Under the pieces are notes generated by a model. That model did not search any database. It was not told the DNA's origin and saw nothing but the letters and a program-made list of their open reading frames with translations. 64,000 nt of DNA from Nitrospirota bacterium (lineage in GTDB: Bacteria; Nitrospirota; Thermodesulfovibrionia; Thermodesulfovibrionales; Dissulfurispiraceae): contig JBFMCP010000004.1 in assembly GCA_040754455.1 (NCBI GenBank), positions 1 through 64,000 on the forward strand, written 5' to 3'. The number at the start of each line of letters is the position of its first letter. The stretch's first letter is position 1. Shown in pieces: positions 26,715 to 37,271 of this stretch. The position numbers were made by a program, and so were the translations under genes.

Positions 26715-29420
26715 ATGGGCATAACGCGCAGGGATTTTCTGAAAGTGTGTGCAGTCGGAGCAACCGTTGCCGCAGGGTCGCGATATTTCCAGCTCGCGCA
26801 ATCCGCTTCTCAGGAGCAGGGACTCATCGAATTGATACGGTCGACCTGCTCGCCGAACTGCACCGGGGCGTGCGGGTTCAACGCCATGGTCCACAAGGGA
26901 AGGATCACCTCGCTCATTCAGGCTGCGGACTATCCTGACCAGGAGTACAATCCGCGGGGTTGCCTGAGGGGGCAGTCGATGCTCAACCTCATCTACGGAC
27001 CTGACCGGCTCAAGCACCCGCTCATCAGGGCAGGGAAGAGGGGCGAGGGGAAATTCAGGGCAGTCAGCTGGGATGAGGCGCTCGATTACGTTGCCGACAA
27101 GTTCGTCGCCATTATGGACAAGTACGGCCCCGAGTCGGTGGCGGCCTCCATCCAGGTGCCCGGCACCGGATATGTCAACAAAGGGGCACTGATGCGGCTT
27201 GCTTCGCTGTACGAATGGAGCGTGCTCCACGCCTACACCATGAACGGCGACCTGCCGGCCTTCTGGCCCATGACCTTCGGCGTACAGACCGAAGAGCTGG
27301 AGTCGCTGGAATGGATGAATTCGCGGTACACCGCCATCTTCGGATCGAACATCCTCGTGACCAGGGTGCCTGATGCCAAATTCATCAACATCGGCAGGGA
27401 GCGGGGCGCCAAGGTCATCATGGTCGATCCGAACTATACACCTACTGCATCAAAAGCCGATGAATGGATACAGATCAACCCCGCCACCGACGCGGCATTT
27501 GCTCTGGGTATCGTGAACGTCATCGTCGATGAAAAGCTCTATGACGAGGAATTCATCAAGAGTTTTACCGACATGCCGCTCCTGGTGCGGCTCGATAACA
27601 ATAAGAAGCTCCGTGCCTATGATGTCAAAGCGCTCAGCAGCAGGGCTGCGGCACGAAAGGGCAAGATCCCCGAATACCGCGACCTCTTTGTCGCCTATGA
27701 CACCGCCTCAAAGGCCTATGTCATCCCCGACCCTGAAAATCTCACAAGGACATTCAATCCCGCACTCGAAGGCACTTTTGAGGTAGAGATTACTTCGGGA
27801 AAGAGAGTGAAGGTAAAGCCGGTCTTCCAGCTGCTTAAGGAGTTTGTCGGCAAGGAATACTCTCCGGAGCAGGCGGCGAAGACCATCGCTCCCGATGCTT
27901 CGAGAATCAGTGAATATGCAGAGACGATCCGAAGGCTTGCGCGGGAGATGGCAACGGTCAAGCCGCTCCACATTGTCTACGGCGCGAGCAACTACCAGTG
28001 GTTTCATGGTGACCTGAAGGGCAGGGCGCTCTCGCTGATCGTCGCACTGACCGGTAATCTGGGCAAACCGGGCGCCGGCATATCGACCTACGCTGGACAG
28101 TACCGGGTCCGCTGGCCCCTCGGCGCATGGTGGGGTTTCAAGGAGAAGAAGAACCGCTGGGTCACCTACCTGCTCTGGATCAATGACGAATACCGGAACA
28201 GCGAAGAATACAAGAAATACAACAAGGAGACGCCCTATCCCAAAAACGGCGTCAAGGCCTTTATCTACGGCTGGCACAACCCGTTCGACCAGCACAACAT
28301 GTCGAATCGGCTCAGGGAAAAGGCAACCAACGGCGACCTCGAACTGATCGTTGCCACTGATTTCCAGATGAGCACTTCCTGCCTCTGGTCCGATGTCGTC
28401 CTGCCGGGCGTGGCATGGTACGAGAAATATGACCTCACTGCAACGGTCTCGCATCCCTATGTGCAGCTCCAGCAGCCTGCCATAGAGCCGCTCTTTGAGT
28501 GCATGCCCGAGATATGGATCTTCAAGGAGATCGCCAAGAGGATCGCCTACCGGCTGAACGACGATGAATTGAAGAAGGCTGTCGAGGAGTTTTATCCGGA
28601 CCCCGACCTCTTTAGAAGAGAGGAGGCGGCGCGAAGGGCAGGGACATGGAGCCTGAAGCTCGCCCGCGAGATCACGCAACAGGCATCTCTTGCCGCCGCA
28701 GACCTGATGCTCAGGACCGGTGGAGAGCAGGTCAAGGGGATCACTATCGATATGCTCAAGAAAGGGCCGGTGCGTCTCAACCTGCCGACTCCGAACAAAC
28801 GGCAGATCATGTTTTGGGAGCAGGTCGCACAGAAACAACCCTTCCCGCCGGTCTCGTATCCCGCACCGCTGCCCAAGACTGCGCGGTTCGTCAAGAGCGG
28901 ACGGGCAGAGTTCTATAAGGACGAGGACATCTTTATCGATATCGGCGAAACGCTGCCGGTGCACAAAGACCCCTTTGTCGACACCGAGCACAAGAGGGGG
29001 GATGGCAAGAAGTATGGCCTTTCCTTTATCACAAGGAATGCCCTCTACCGGGTCCATTCCACGCATAGCAACAACATCACCATGCTCGAGCTGCAGGACT
29101 TCAAGCCCAAGGTCTGGATGAACCCCAAGACCGCAGCAGAGCGGAAGATAAAAGAGGGAGACCTTGTCGAGGTTTATAACAGCAGAGGGAAGCTCTACGG
29201 CTATGCGGTCCCTGACCCGGGGCTGCACCCGAAGGTCATTGTCTTCGAACAGGGGTGGTGGAGCAGGTACCTGAAAGGCACCTCATACAACACCCTGACC
29301 TATCCCTGGGTAAAGACCTCTCATGTCATCTATTTCGTCCCGGGCATGTGGGAGCCTACCACTGCCTGGAACGAGGCGGCATGCGAAGTGAAAAAGGCAG
29401 AGGGGGTGACACATGCGTAA
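26715..29420 (+). CDS. Tat-exported molybdopterin oxidoreductase catalytic subunit (DMSO reductase family, NarG/PcrA-like Asp-ligand group)
   Basis: TRRDFLK Tat motif; CSPNCTGAC...NPRGC FeS motif; GDLP..WP.TFGVQTE..ES; C-terminal RVHSTH cofactor-binding domain. Confidence 0.9.
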   Translation: MGITRRDFLKVCAVGATVAAGSRYFQLAQSASQEQGLIELIRSTCSPNCTGACGFNAMVHKGRITSLIQAADYPDQEYNPRGCLRGQSMLNLIYGPDRLKHPLIRAGKRGEGKFRAVSWDEALDYVADKFVAIMDKYGPESVAASIQVPGTGYVNKGALMRLASLYEWSVLHAYTMNGDLPAFWPMTFGVQTEELESLEWMNSRYTAIFGSNILVTRVPDAKFINIGRERGAKVIMVDPNYTPTASKADEWIQINPATDAAFALGIVNVIVDEKLYDEEFIKSFTDMPLLVRLDNNKKLRAYDVKALSSRAAARKGKIPEYRDLFVAYDTASKAYVIPDPENLTRTFNPALEGTFEVEITSGKRVKVKPVFQLLKEFVGKEYSPEQAAKTIAPDASRISEYAETIRRLAREMATVKPLHIVYGASNYQWFHGDLKGRALSLIVALTGNLGKPGAGISTYAGQYRVRWPLGAWWGFKEKKNRWVTYLLWINDEYRNSEEYKKYNKETPYPKNGVKAFIYGWHNPFDQHNMSNRLREKATNGDLELIVATDFQMSTSCLWSDVVLPGVAWYEKYDLTATVSHPYVQLQQPAIEPLFECMPEIWIFKEIAKRIAYRLNDDELKKAVEEFYPDPDLFRREEAARRAGTWSLKLAREITQQASLAAADLMLRTGGEQVKGITIDMLKKGPVRLNLPTPNKRQIMFWEQVAQKQPFPPVSYPAPLPKTARFVKSGRAEFYKDEDIFIDIGETLPVHKDPFVDTEHKRGDGKKYGLSFITRNALYRVHSTHSNNITMLELQDFKPKVWMNPKTAAERKIKEGDLVEVYNSRGKLYGYAVPDPGLHPKVIVFEQGWWSRYLKGTSYNTLTYPWVKTSHVIYFVPGMWEPTTAWNEAACEVKKAEGVTHA

Positions 29421-30159
29421 GTACGGAATGGTCATCGATCTCAACCGATGCATCGGCTGCAGGAGCTGTGCGGTTGCCTGCAAGATCCACAATGCCCAAC
29501 CGCCGGGCACCTGGTGGCAGCGGGTCGAATCTGTCGGCTCCAAAGAGCATATGGTGCCTGCCGGCGAGTATCCCGATATAACAGAAACATTCCTTCCCGT
29601 GCCCTGCATGCATTGCGAAAAGCCAGCCTGCGTCAAAGTCTGCCCCGTAGGCGCTACCTGGAAAAGGGAGGACGGCATTGTTCTTGTCGATTACGAGCGC
29701 TGCGTCGGCTGTAGATACTGCATGACCGCTTGCCCCTACGGTGTACGGCAGTTCAACTGGCAGGATTCGAAGAAGAGTTTTGAGCAGGGTTTCGAGAATG
29801 CCGGGTTCGAAGAGAACTGGTTCAAGGACAAAGAGTACCGCTACGGTTATCCCCTGGAACACCGGACGAAAGGAAGACTTGTCTATGCGCCAAAGCGGCC
29901 GAAGGGCGTAGTCGAGAAATGCACTTTCTGTGTACAGTATGTCGATCAGGGCCTGCAGCCTGCCTGCGTGCGCGGCTGTCCGGGCAACGCACGGATATTC
30001 GGAGATATGAACGACCCGAACAGCGATATCTCGAAGGTCCTGAGGAGCAGGGATATATTCAGGCTCAACGAGGAGCTGGGCACCGAGCCCAAGGTCTTCT
30101 ACATTCCCCTGGCAAGAAAAGAGGGCAAAGGAGGCATCAGTTATGGAAAAAAATTATAG
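29413..30159 (+). CDS. 4Fe-4S electron-transfer subunit (DmsB/PsrB/NrfC type)
   Basis: CIGCRSCAVAC, CMHCEKPACVKVCP, CVGCRYCMTACP, CTFC...ACVRGCP. Confidence 0.93.
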   Translation: MRKYGMVIDLNRCIGCRSCAVACKIHNAQPPGTWWQRVESVGSKEHMVPAGEYPDITETFLPVPCMHCEKPACVKVCPVGATWKREDGIVLVDYERCVGCRYCMTACPYGVRQFNWQDSKKSFEQGFENAGFEENWFKDKEYRYGYPLEHRTKGRLVYAPKRPKGVVEKCTFCVQYVDQGLQPACVRGCPGNARIFGDMNDPNSDISKVLRSRDIFRLNEELGTEPKVFYIPLARKEGKGGISYGKKL

Positions 30160-31411
30160 ATCGGCCGTCGCTATTCTCACTGCCGTCGCACTGCTCGGGG
30201 CAGCGGCGTGGATTTTTCAGCTCTATCAAGGGATGATCGTGACCAATATGCGCAATCCCTTTTCGTGGGGACTCTATGTGGCGACGTGGGCCTTCTTCGT
30301 CGGAACTGCCGCCGGTGGTCTGGTCGTCTCATCGGCCATCTACATCTTCGGTGCGAAACAGCTTAAGCCGATCGCCAAGGTTGCTTCGCTTACGGCGTTC
30401 CTCTTTGCCGTGGGCGCTATGCTCGTGCTTCTCCCCGACATCGGACGGCCCGACCGGCTGCTGAATATGCTGCTCCATCCGAACTTCAACTCCATGCTCC
30501 CCTGGGACGTCATTGTGCTCTCCTCCTATGCAATAGTTTCGGCGATCTACACCTACATCCTCCTGCGTCCTGATATCCTGAAGAGGGGAATCAAGGTGCC
30601 CTTTTACGGCGTGATTATGAAAAAGGAGCTCAGCACCATCGAATTGGCTCTGGAGAAAGAGAAATCGGAGAAATACGCACGAAGGATGGCGCCTATAGCG
30701 CTCCCGCTCGCAATACTTATCCACACTGTCACCGCCTGGGTGCTCGCTACCCAGCTCGCGCGGGCATGGTGGTTCGGCGGTGTGCTCGCGCCGACCTTTA
30801 TCGCTGCAGCCCTTGCGACCGGTCCGGCCATTGTGATCCTCGCGTCGTTGATTGCCTACGGGTACAAGAAGGACCTCGAGCCCACCTATGGCCTGCTGGC
30901 GAAAGTCTCTGCAATCTCGTCGATCATCATGCTCTTTATCTACTACAACGATTTCGTGGTGAGACTCTGGTGGAACAACGGCAGGGAGGCAGAGGTGGTC
31001 AAGCTCGTCTTTCACAAATACATCGGTCTGCACGCTGTTGAGATCATATTCATTCTCCTGTCAGTCTTTATCTTTACTGCTCGTCCGAGGAACAAGGAAT
31101 GGCTGGTGCGGGGGAGCCTGGCAGTGGTCATCGGTGTGTTTGCGCACCGCATTCTGCTCATCCCCCCTGCCTACAACCTGATACCGCTGAGGCTGCCGGT
31201 CATCATGCGCGGCGCGACCGTGGAGTGGGCGTACCCGATCGCCGTAGGAGAAATAAGGGGATCACTCTTCAACCCCGAGCAAGTGTTCACCTCGTACTGG
31301 AGCTATTTCCCCTCGGCGATCGAGATCACTGTTACTGCTGGCGTTATGGCGGCCTTAGGGCTCGCGTTTCTGAGCCTGATACGAATGCTGCCCATCATGG
31401 AGGCGGAGTGA
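30143..31411 (+). CDS. NrfD/PsrC-family membrane anchor
   Basis: WGLYVATWAFFVG, DIGRPDR, SMLPWD, IHTVTAW; many transmembrane segments. Confidence 0.9.
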   Translation: MEKNYRSAVAILTAVALLGAAAWIFQLYQGMIVTNMRNPFSWGLYVATWAFFVGTAAGGLVVSSAIYIFGAKQLKPIAKVASLTAFLFAVGAMLVLLPDIGRPDRLLNMLLHPNFNSMLPWDVIVLSSYAIVSAIYTYILLRPDILKRGIKVPFYGVIMKKELSTIELALEKEKSEKYARRMAPIALPLAILIHTVTAWVLATQLARAWWFGGVLAPTFIAAALATGPAIVILASLIAYGYKKDLEPTYGLLAKVSAISSIIMLFIYYNDFVVRLWWNNGREAEVVKLVFHKYIGLHAVEIIFILLSVFIFTARPRNKEWLVRGSLAVVIGVFAHRILLIPPAYNLIPLRLPVIMRGATVEWAYPIAVGEIRGSLFNPEQVFTSYWSYFPSAIEITVTAGVMAALGLAFLSLIRMLPIMEAE

Positions 31412-31899
31412 TGAACCCCTTCGGCTTCTTCTCCTTTGTCTTCTCCTATCCGACCGAGGAAACGATAAAGGTCATTGCAGCATGCGCGCAGACCGGCAGG
31501 CCCTCATGCGGACGCCGATGCGCTGAGGCACTGGGCAACGTGGACCTCGAGGAGCTGCAGGCGGAATATACACGTCTCTTCATCAATGCTTATCCCACAC
31601 TGCTCTGCCCGCCCTATGAATCCTTTTACCGGGAAGGTACGGTCTACGGTACTACCGCAGGGGTAGTCAGGGACTTCTATAAAGACCACGGCTTCGATTA
31701 TGTCTACGAGGGCGAGCCCCCTGACCTCCTCAGCGTGGAACTCGACTTCCTCGCCATGACCGATGACGGCGCCTTCCGCGAACGGCTGAAAGAATGGGTC
31801 TTCGACTTCACCGAAAGGGTCAAAAAGAATTCGGAAGTTTATGGTGTGTGCGCGGGGGAGTTGGAGAAGTTGCTGGCAGCAGAGGTAATGCCTGTGTGA
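31411..31899 (+). CDS. TorD/DmsD/NarJ-family maturation chaperone
   Basis: EYTRLF, PPYESFY, EPPDLLSVELDFL; ATG overlaps the NrfD stop. Confidence 0.85.
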   Translation: MNPFGFFSFVFSYPTEETIKVIAACAQTGRPSCGRRCAEALGNVDLEELQAEYTRLFINAYPTLLCPPYESFYREGTVYGTTAGVVRDFYKDHGFDYVYEGEPPDLLSVELDFLAMTDDGAFRERLKEWVFDFTERVKKNSEVYGVCAGELEKLLAAEVMPV

Positions 31900-32265
31900 A
31901 TGTATTCTCTCCACACGCATAATGTCCTCCAATTTCTTGACGACTACGGGCAGACTGAAGACGCGGCCGAGAAATTTCCTTACTGCTTCTTCGGCCTCTT
32001 TCACAACCGGTCGAAGTGCTTGATCAATTATATATAGATGCGAGTTGTCCTTCATACCATTCCAGTCTCTGATTAAGACATCTATATGGTTGCTGCAAGC
32101 ACGAGATGGAGAGCCAGGAGTACCTGCCTTTTGGGAATGGCCATTTTGACCTGGTTGCAAGGGAACAGGAAAATAACATTTCAAACTAATAATTTACTCT
32201 GCCTGAGTAGTAAAAAGGCGTTGAATATTAAAGTTATTTTACACACAGCCGATAACATTCCCACC

Positions 32266-33447
32266 ATGCCTCAACGCTATCGAGAAGAAATTCTTGCCAG
32301 AATCAGAAACGGCTATTCCCTCCCCGTTTTGTCTCCGGTTGCCGTCAGATTGATCGAAATGGCGTCGAGTGAGACTTGTTCGGTGCAGGATATGGCGTGT
32401 CTTATTGAGCAGGACCAGTCCCTGGCAGTGCGCGTTGTCAATCTGTCGAACGCCGCGTTTTTCCGTACGGGAGAGCAGGTGAGCTCTATTGATCATGCGG
32501 TCCAGAGGGTCGGCTTCAACCGCCTCCGGGTGATGGCGCTGACACTCTCCCTGCGTGACATCTTTCCTATGGGAAAAGTAGGACCGGTGGATTACGAGGA
32601 GTTCTGGCGTGCGTCGCTCTACCGTGCAGTGTTCGCAAAATCGCTCGCCGCACGGCTCGGCACCTGCAATCCTGATGAGGCTTTTCTCTCGGCGCTGACG
32701 CTCGAGGTGGGCTTTTTGATCTTTACCGATATGCTCCTGAAGGACCGGCGCGACATCGAACGGTTTGATCTCCATCATCTTGATGCGCTTCTTGCCTGGG
32801 AGACAAAGCATTACGGTGTCAATCACCGGGAGATCGGCGAGGAAGCGCTCAGGTACTGGGGGTTCCCGGAAGAGATCGTGGAATGCCAGAGATACTATCA
32901 TGTGGGCTTCAGGGACGAAGGGGCCCCGCAGCTTGCCGCGGTCTGCGATATCGCGAGGAGCTTTTCGAGCATCGTGAATGAGAAAACCGCGAGCTGGCAT
33001 ATACCGTTCTATGAGGCGAAAACGGTCTACGGCATTGAAAGCGACCTGCTGGTGAGGATGCTCTCCACTGCTTTCGATGAGGTGCAGGATATCTCTATGA
33101 GCCTGAAGCTGGTGAGAAGCAGGGATAAAGATATTATGGCGGTCCTGCAAAAAGCACAAGAAGCGCTGAAGGGGCTTGCTGCTTCTGCGGAGCAGTGGCA
33201 TGCGTATGCTGTCAAAAGGGTTGCCAATGGCAACGGCACCCCTGTTGAAAAGGAATTTCTCGTCTTGAAGAGAAGACTCCGGCACGCGGCAGGTGAAATC
33301 AAAGAAGCAATGAGACCCATTCACGACTTCGCTTATATAATAAAAGGCTCTCTCGATCGAATGACAGGACCCTGCGTATGCGCTGAAACGATTATCGCTG
33401 AATGCGGTAAGTTGAATCGAACCTTAGCGTTGTTGCCGATGAAGTAG
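32266..33447 (+). CDS. HDOD-domain signalling protein
   Basis: LPVLSPVA, IEQDQSLAVRVVNLSN, HREIGEEALRYWGFPEEI. Confidence 0.85.
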   Translation: MPQRYREEILARIRNGYSLPVLSPVAVRLIEMASSETCSVQDMACLIEQDQSLAVRVVNLSNAAFFRTGEQVSSIDHAVQRVGFNRLRVMALTLSLRDIFPMGKVGPVDYEEFWRASLYRAVFAKSLAARLGTCNPDEAFLSALTLEVGFLIFTDMLLKDRRDIERFDLHHLDALLAWETKHYGVNHREIGEEALRYWGFPEEIVECQRYYHVGFRDEGAPQLAAVCDIARSFSSIVNEKTASWHIPFYEAKTVYGIESDLLVRMLSTAFDEVQDISMSLKLVRSRDKDIMAVLQKAQEALKGLAASAEQWHAYAVKRVANGNGTPVEKEFLVLKRRLRHAAGEIKEAMRPIHDFAYIIKGSLDRMTGPCVCAETIIAECGKLNRTLALLPMK

Positions 33448-33500
33448 AAGCCTGTACAGCAACTTCCACCAGCTGCAGTATGCCCCCTGAGAATCCTCTG

Positions 33501-35588
33501 CTATCTGGATGCTTTGGCCTTTTCAGCTGTCGGCACAAGATCTTTGTGCGGCACGCCCGCGCGGAACGAGAACAATGAGTCGAGTGCTGATGCAATATAA
33601 CTGTAAAGAGCTGTGGATAATTCTTTCACCCGCGCATCTGACAATGTTACCTGTGTTGCATCCCAGGGATTGAGCTTGTACTGATAGGTGACAGGAGCGA
33701 GCTTCGGAGAGGCGATCAAGAGCTGATCGCCGCTGATAAAGCCGACGATCTGGCTGTTCCCCGACGGCTTGACAACCGCCCATCCCTGATCACCCGGTGC
33801 AACACGGAAGAGGTCCCTCCCCCAGGACTGATTCGCTCCTCTGTTTCCCATAAGTCCCATCACGGTGGGCAGTACATCGACCTGGCTGCCTACGGTATGA
33901 GCCCGTTTCCCCGCCCATTTCGGATCGCCGGGATAGTAGAGGAGCAGCGGGATATGAAAGGCCGCAAGGTCGAGCGGCGTTTTCAGCGATCCATAACCAA
34001 AGCCGTGATCACCGAGTATTACGAACAGTGTATCTTTAAACCACGGCTCTTTGCTTGCCGCATCGAAGAATTTCCCCAACGCCCAATCTGCATACCTGAT
34101 GCCGTTTAATCTCGGGATGAGGTGCTCCGGCCCTGTGAGGTCTTTGAATGGAGCAGGCGAGGGGAGATCAAAAGGAGCATGATTGCTCAATGTCTGCAGG
34201 AAGGCGAAGGCAGGACCCTCATCTGAAAGCCGCCGGATTTCCTCCACTCCTCTCATGAACATATCTTCATCTGAAACTCCCCACGTCGGATCTTTATGTT
34301 TTGGATTGCGGTAGTCGTTCCTGCCCACAAAGTGCTTCATGCCCTGATTGCGGAAGAAGCCTTCCTGATTATCCCAGGTAAAGTCCCCGTTGTAGACATA
34401 GATGGAGTGAAAACCCGCTTCGCTCAGCAGCGATATGAAGGAGCGGAAGGGCTGCTTTGCAAGGCTGTGCTTCATGAGATACTCGAACCCGGGGAGATTG
34501 GGGAAACTGCAGATCGTTGCGAATACCCCCTGATGCGTATGGGTCCCCTGGGAAAAGAAACGGTCGAAGAGAATTCCCTTTCGGGCAATCCGATCGAACT
34601 GCGGTGTCGCTCCATAGGGAGCTCCCAGCGCGCCGACGAATTCAGCAGAGAGGCTTTCCATGAGAATGACGACTACATGCCGCGGCGGTGTTGAGAACGT
34701 TACTGTTCGTCCGTTGCTCCCCGGATAGCGAAGGAGCGGGTAGATGTCCTGAGCAAAGGGGTGATCTCCGGGCTGTAGGATGAGCGAGCGGGTGGTTTCA
34801 AGGGTCTCCTTTCGGGGGATCTTATTGCGCCAGAACTTCGTAAGATCATGCCGCTTCTGTTCCAATACCGTTCTCGACAGGGTGTAGATGCCGTTCAGGG
34901 CAAGGTGGTTGGCAAACGTATGTTTGCTGAAATAGGCATCACCCCATCGTAACGGCTTCGAATTCGTGATCCCTCCGCGGGCCCCGATGATCAGCACGGC
35001 GATGAGGACAATCCCGACGGGGAGGACCTTTTTAAGGTGTCTTTCTCTTGAGAATGAAGGTGCAGAGGGCATAAGCTTTGCAAGTTGCCGCTTGAGAATA
35101 TAAGCGATGAGCGCAGTCGCTGCGAGCCATAAGAGCGTATAGCGAATGACAGGGAATCCGTACCATATCATAGTTGCGACGGTTGCAGGATCATCCTTGA
35201 TATATTCAAGGGCAAGCTGATTGAAGCGGTCGTGAAATTCGCGGTAGAACTCCCACTCCGCCAGGCCGAGGAAGACGAGGGGGGACCAGAGGAGCGCCAA
35301 GCCCCAGGGGAGGAGTTTCAATGCAACGGAGCGGTACTGCCATCCATAACGGGGGACAAGAAGCCACAATGCCAGCGGGAAGAGGAGATAGCTCGTTACC
35401 GTGAGATCGAATCGTGCGCCTACAAGAAAACTCTGGGCCAGGGTGCCTGCCGGAATATCGACGGTAAGAATGTTGTTGCGCCAGAGCATGCCGAGCCGCA
35501 GAAGGAAAAATACTACCAGCCAGCCAACGGAAAGGCGAAGGATATAAGAAAATTCAGGAATGATCTTCGGTGTTTTGCGCATGGGCAC
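33501..35588 (-). CDS. LTA-synthase-family / sulfatase-fold membrane protein
   Basis: N-terminal TM helices, ILMESLS, TLSNHAPF, RYADWALG, GDHG, SQVDVLPT. Confidence 0.88.
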   Translation of the reverse strand: MPMRKTPKIIPEFSYILRLSVGWLVVFFLLRLGMLWRNNILTVDIPAGTLAQSFLVGARFDLTVTSYLLFPLALWLLVPRYGWQYRSVALKLLPWGLALLWSPLVFLGLAEWEFYREFHDRFNQLALEYIKDDPATVATMIWYGFPVIRYTLLWLAATALIAYILKRQLAKLMPSAPSFSRERHLKKVLPVGIVLIAVLIIGARGGITNSKPLRWGDAYFSKHTFANHLALNGIYTLSRTVLEQKRHDLTKFWRNKIPRKETLETTRSLILQPGDHPFAQDIYPLLRYPGSNGRTVTFSTPPRHVVVILMESLSAEFVGALGAPYGATPQFDRIARKGILFDRFFSQGTHTHQGVFATICSFPNLPGFEYLMKHSLAKQPFRSFISLLSEAGFHSIYVYNGDFTWDNQEGFFRNQGMKHFVGRNDYRNPKHKDPTWGVSDEDMFMRGVEEIRRLSDEGPAFAFLQTLSNHAPFDLPSPAPFKDLTGPEHLIPRLNGIRYADWALGKFFDAASKEPWFKDTLFVILGDHGFGYGSLKTPLDLAAFHIPLLLYYPGDPKWAGKRAHTVGSQVDVLPTVMGLMGNRGANQSWGRDLFRVAPGDQGWAVVKPSGNSQIVGFISGDQLLIASPKLAPVTYQYKLNPWDATQVTLSDARVKELSTALYSYIASALDSLFSFRAGVPHKDLVPTAEKAKASR

Positions 35589-35671
35589 TACAATGGTCTT
35601 AAGCTTTCTCTCTAATAATAGTTCAGGAAGGCATTATACCATAATCAGGTGTGCCCAGCGCTGATGAGAAT

Positions 35672-36015
35672 TGGTGGAGGCGGTGGGATTCGAACCCACG
35701 TCCGAAAGTACTACTCTCAAGCCTCTACATGCTTATCCTGCCTATTTAATCTCGGATGCCAGATTGCCGGCAGGCAGGCCTGCTGACATCCCATCCCCTC
35801 AGTCTTTCGTCAGGCTTAAGGGAGTCACCTGACGGCAGCCTGCTGTATGACGCTGGTCTCTCAAGCACAGACAACCCAAGAGGAGCGTGCTGCTCGTTAA
35901 GCAGCGAGTGCCAGTTCGTTGTTGGCGTTTGTGTTTTTTTCCACCTTTTTACGTGGTGATGGAGCCACGGCATGCCACTTGAGCCTCATAACCCCCGTCG
36001 AGTCCTGTCGCCCCC
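35672..36015 (-). ncRNA. ssrA: tmRNA; tag ANNELALAA
   Basis: 5' GGGGGCGACAGGACTCGAC, 3' GGGTTCGAATCCCACCGCCTCCACCA; tag reading frame at 35897-35926; follows smpB. Confidence 0.96.
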
Positions 36016-36152
36016 TACGTGGTAAAATCCAAAACCCCAAATCTCAAATTCCAAATTTGTTTGGAGTTTGATACTTGGTCATTGGAATTTAATCTATTAT
36101 ACCATATACCGCGGGTGTGAATCCTGCTCTCCTTCTTCCATAATGTCGTAAT

Positions 36153-36599
36153 TCAGCCTCTGTTTTTTATTGCTTTTTCGATATCTCTTTTGGCCTCGCG
36201 CTCTTTGATGGTCTCTCTCTTTTCGTATTCCTTTTTGCCTTTTGCGAGGCCTATTTCGACTTTGGCGTAAGGTCCTTTGAAATAGATTTTCAGCGGCACG
36301 AGGGTATAGCCCTTCTGCTGGGCCCTGCCTTTCATCCGCTCGATTTCCTTCCGGTTGAGAAGGAGTTTTCTTGTCCTCACTGGATCATGGTTCATGATAT
36401 TGCCGTGCGTATAAGGACTTATGTGGCAATTGAAGAGGAACACTTCGCCGTCTTTGATAAGCACGTAGCTGTCTTTGAGGTTGGCTTTGCCGTCGCGCAG
36501 CGACTTTACCTCGGTGCCGAGGAGCTGGATGCCCGCTTCGAGGGTATCTTCAATGCTGTAGTCATGATATGCTTTTCTGTTCTGCGCGACGACTTTCAT
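36153..36599 (-). CDS. smpB: SsrA-binding protein
   Basis: [30 protein letters not shown]. Confidence 0.97.
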   Translation of the reverse strand: MKVVAQNRKAYHDYSIEDTLEAGIQLLGTEVKSLRDGKANLKDSYVLIKDGEVFLFNCHISPYTHGNIMNHDPVRTRKLLLNRKEIERMKGRAQQKGYTLVPLKIYFKGPYAKVEIGLAKGKKEYEKRETIKEREAKRDIEKAIKNRG

Positions 36600-36786
36600 A
36601 CTCTTTATGATAACAAATAATAAAAGGATAGGGTTCAGGCGTTCGAAGGTTCAAGGTGTCGAGTGAGCCTGTATTCTCACCCCCTCGGCCACTTGCCCCC
36701 CTGCTTTCTTCGTTTGGACCCTGTCTTTTCTTTGCGAAAATCAACTATAATGCTATTCTAATTCATAATCGATTGCGGAGGTCTTT

Positions 36787-37221
36787 ATGAGAAGGCTTTT
36801 TACGGCGACAGCAGCTCTGATAATACTGGTGGTTATTGTTTCCTGCGGCGGGAAGAAGGAGGCTATCAGGACCTCCGAGGATTCGAGGATTGCAACCGAG
36901 GCGTTTAAAGTCGTCGAGGATATAAAAGAGGCCTACCTTAAAAAAGATGTCCAGACCATTGAGCGGAACACAACCAGAGAGGGTTTCAAGGTCATCAGCC
37001 AGACAGTGAGAAGGTTTGACTCTGCCTCGCTGAATTTCAACCCTGTATGGACGGAAATAGAGCAGGATGGCACGGTGAATCTCAATGTCTCATGGACCGG
37101 CACCTGGAAGAGAGGGAGCTCCACATTCGACGAACGGGGCATGGCGGTATTTGTGCTCAAAGGCAGACCGCTCAAGGTGGATGCTATTGTCAGGGAGAAT
37201 CCTTTCAGGTACCCTGAATAG
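36787..37221 (+). CDS. putative lipoprotein
   Basis: Basic N-terminus, hydrophobic stretch, IVSC lipobox, GGAGG RBS. Confidence 0.7.
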   Translation: MRRLFTATAALIILVVIVSCGGKKEAIRTSEDSRIATEAFKVVEDIKEAYLKKDVQTIERNTTREGFKVISQTVRRFDSASLNFNPVWTEIEQDGTVNLNVSWTGTWKRGSSTFDERGMAVFVLKGRPLKVDAIVRENPFRYPE

Positions 37222-37271
37222 GGCTTTTCTCCGCTGCCGGACATGGATACCCGCCATGCCTTTGGTTGTTT

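Noticed and set aside
27708..29228. 506-aa antisense ORF in the Mo-enzyme gene (likewise 23171-24307, 32239-33324, 46777-47658)
   Set aside because: Overlap well-supported genes on the other strand and show no motifs
26715..29420. Naming the Mo enzyme narG, nxrA, pcrA, arrA or aioA
   Set aside because: Size, ligand motifs and partner subunits do not match any of these cleanly; substrate cannot be assigned by eye
31900..32184. Possible minus-strand gene (MKDNSHLYIIDQ...)
   Set aside because: No clear RBS or motif, and the frame continues antisense through the chaperone gene
35672..35700. Integrative element at the tmRNA 3' end
   Set aside because: No integrase and no duplicated tmRNA 3' end seen in the window
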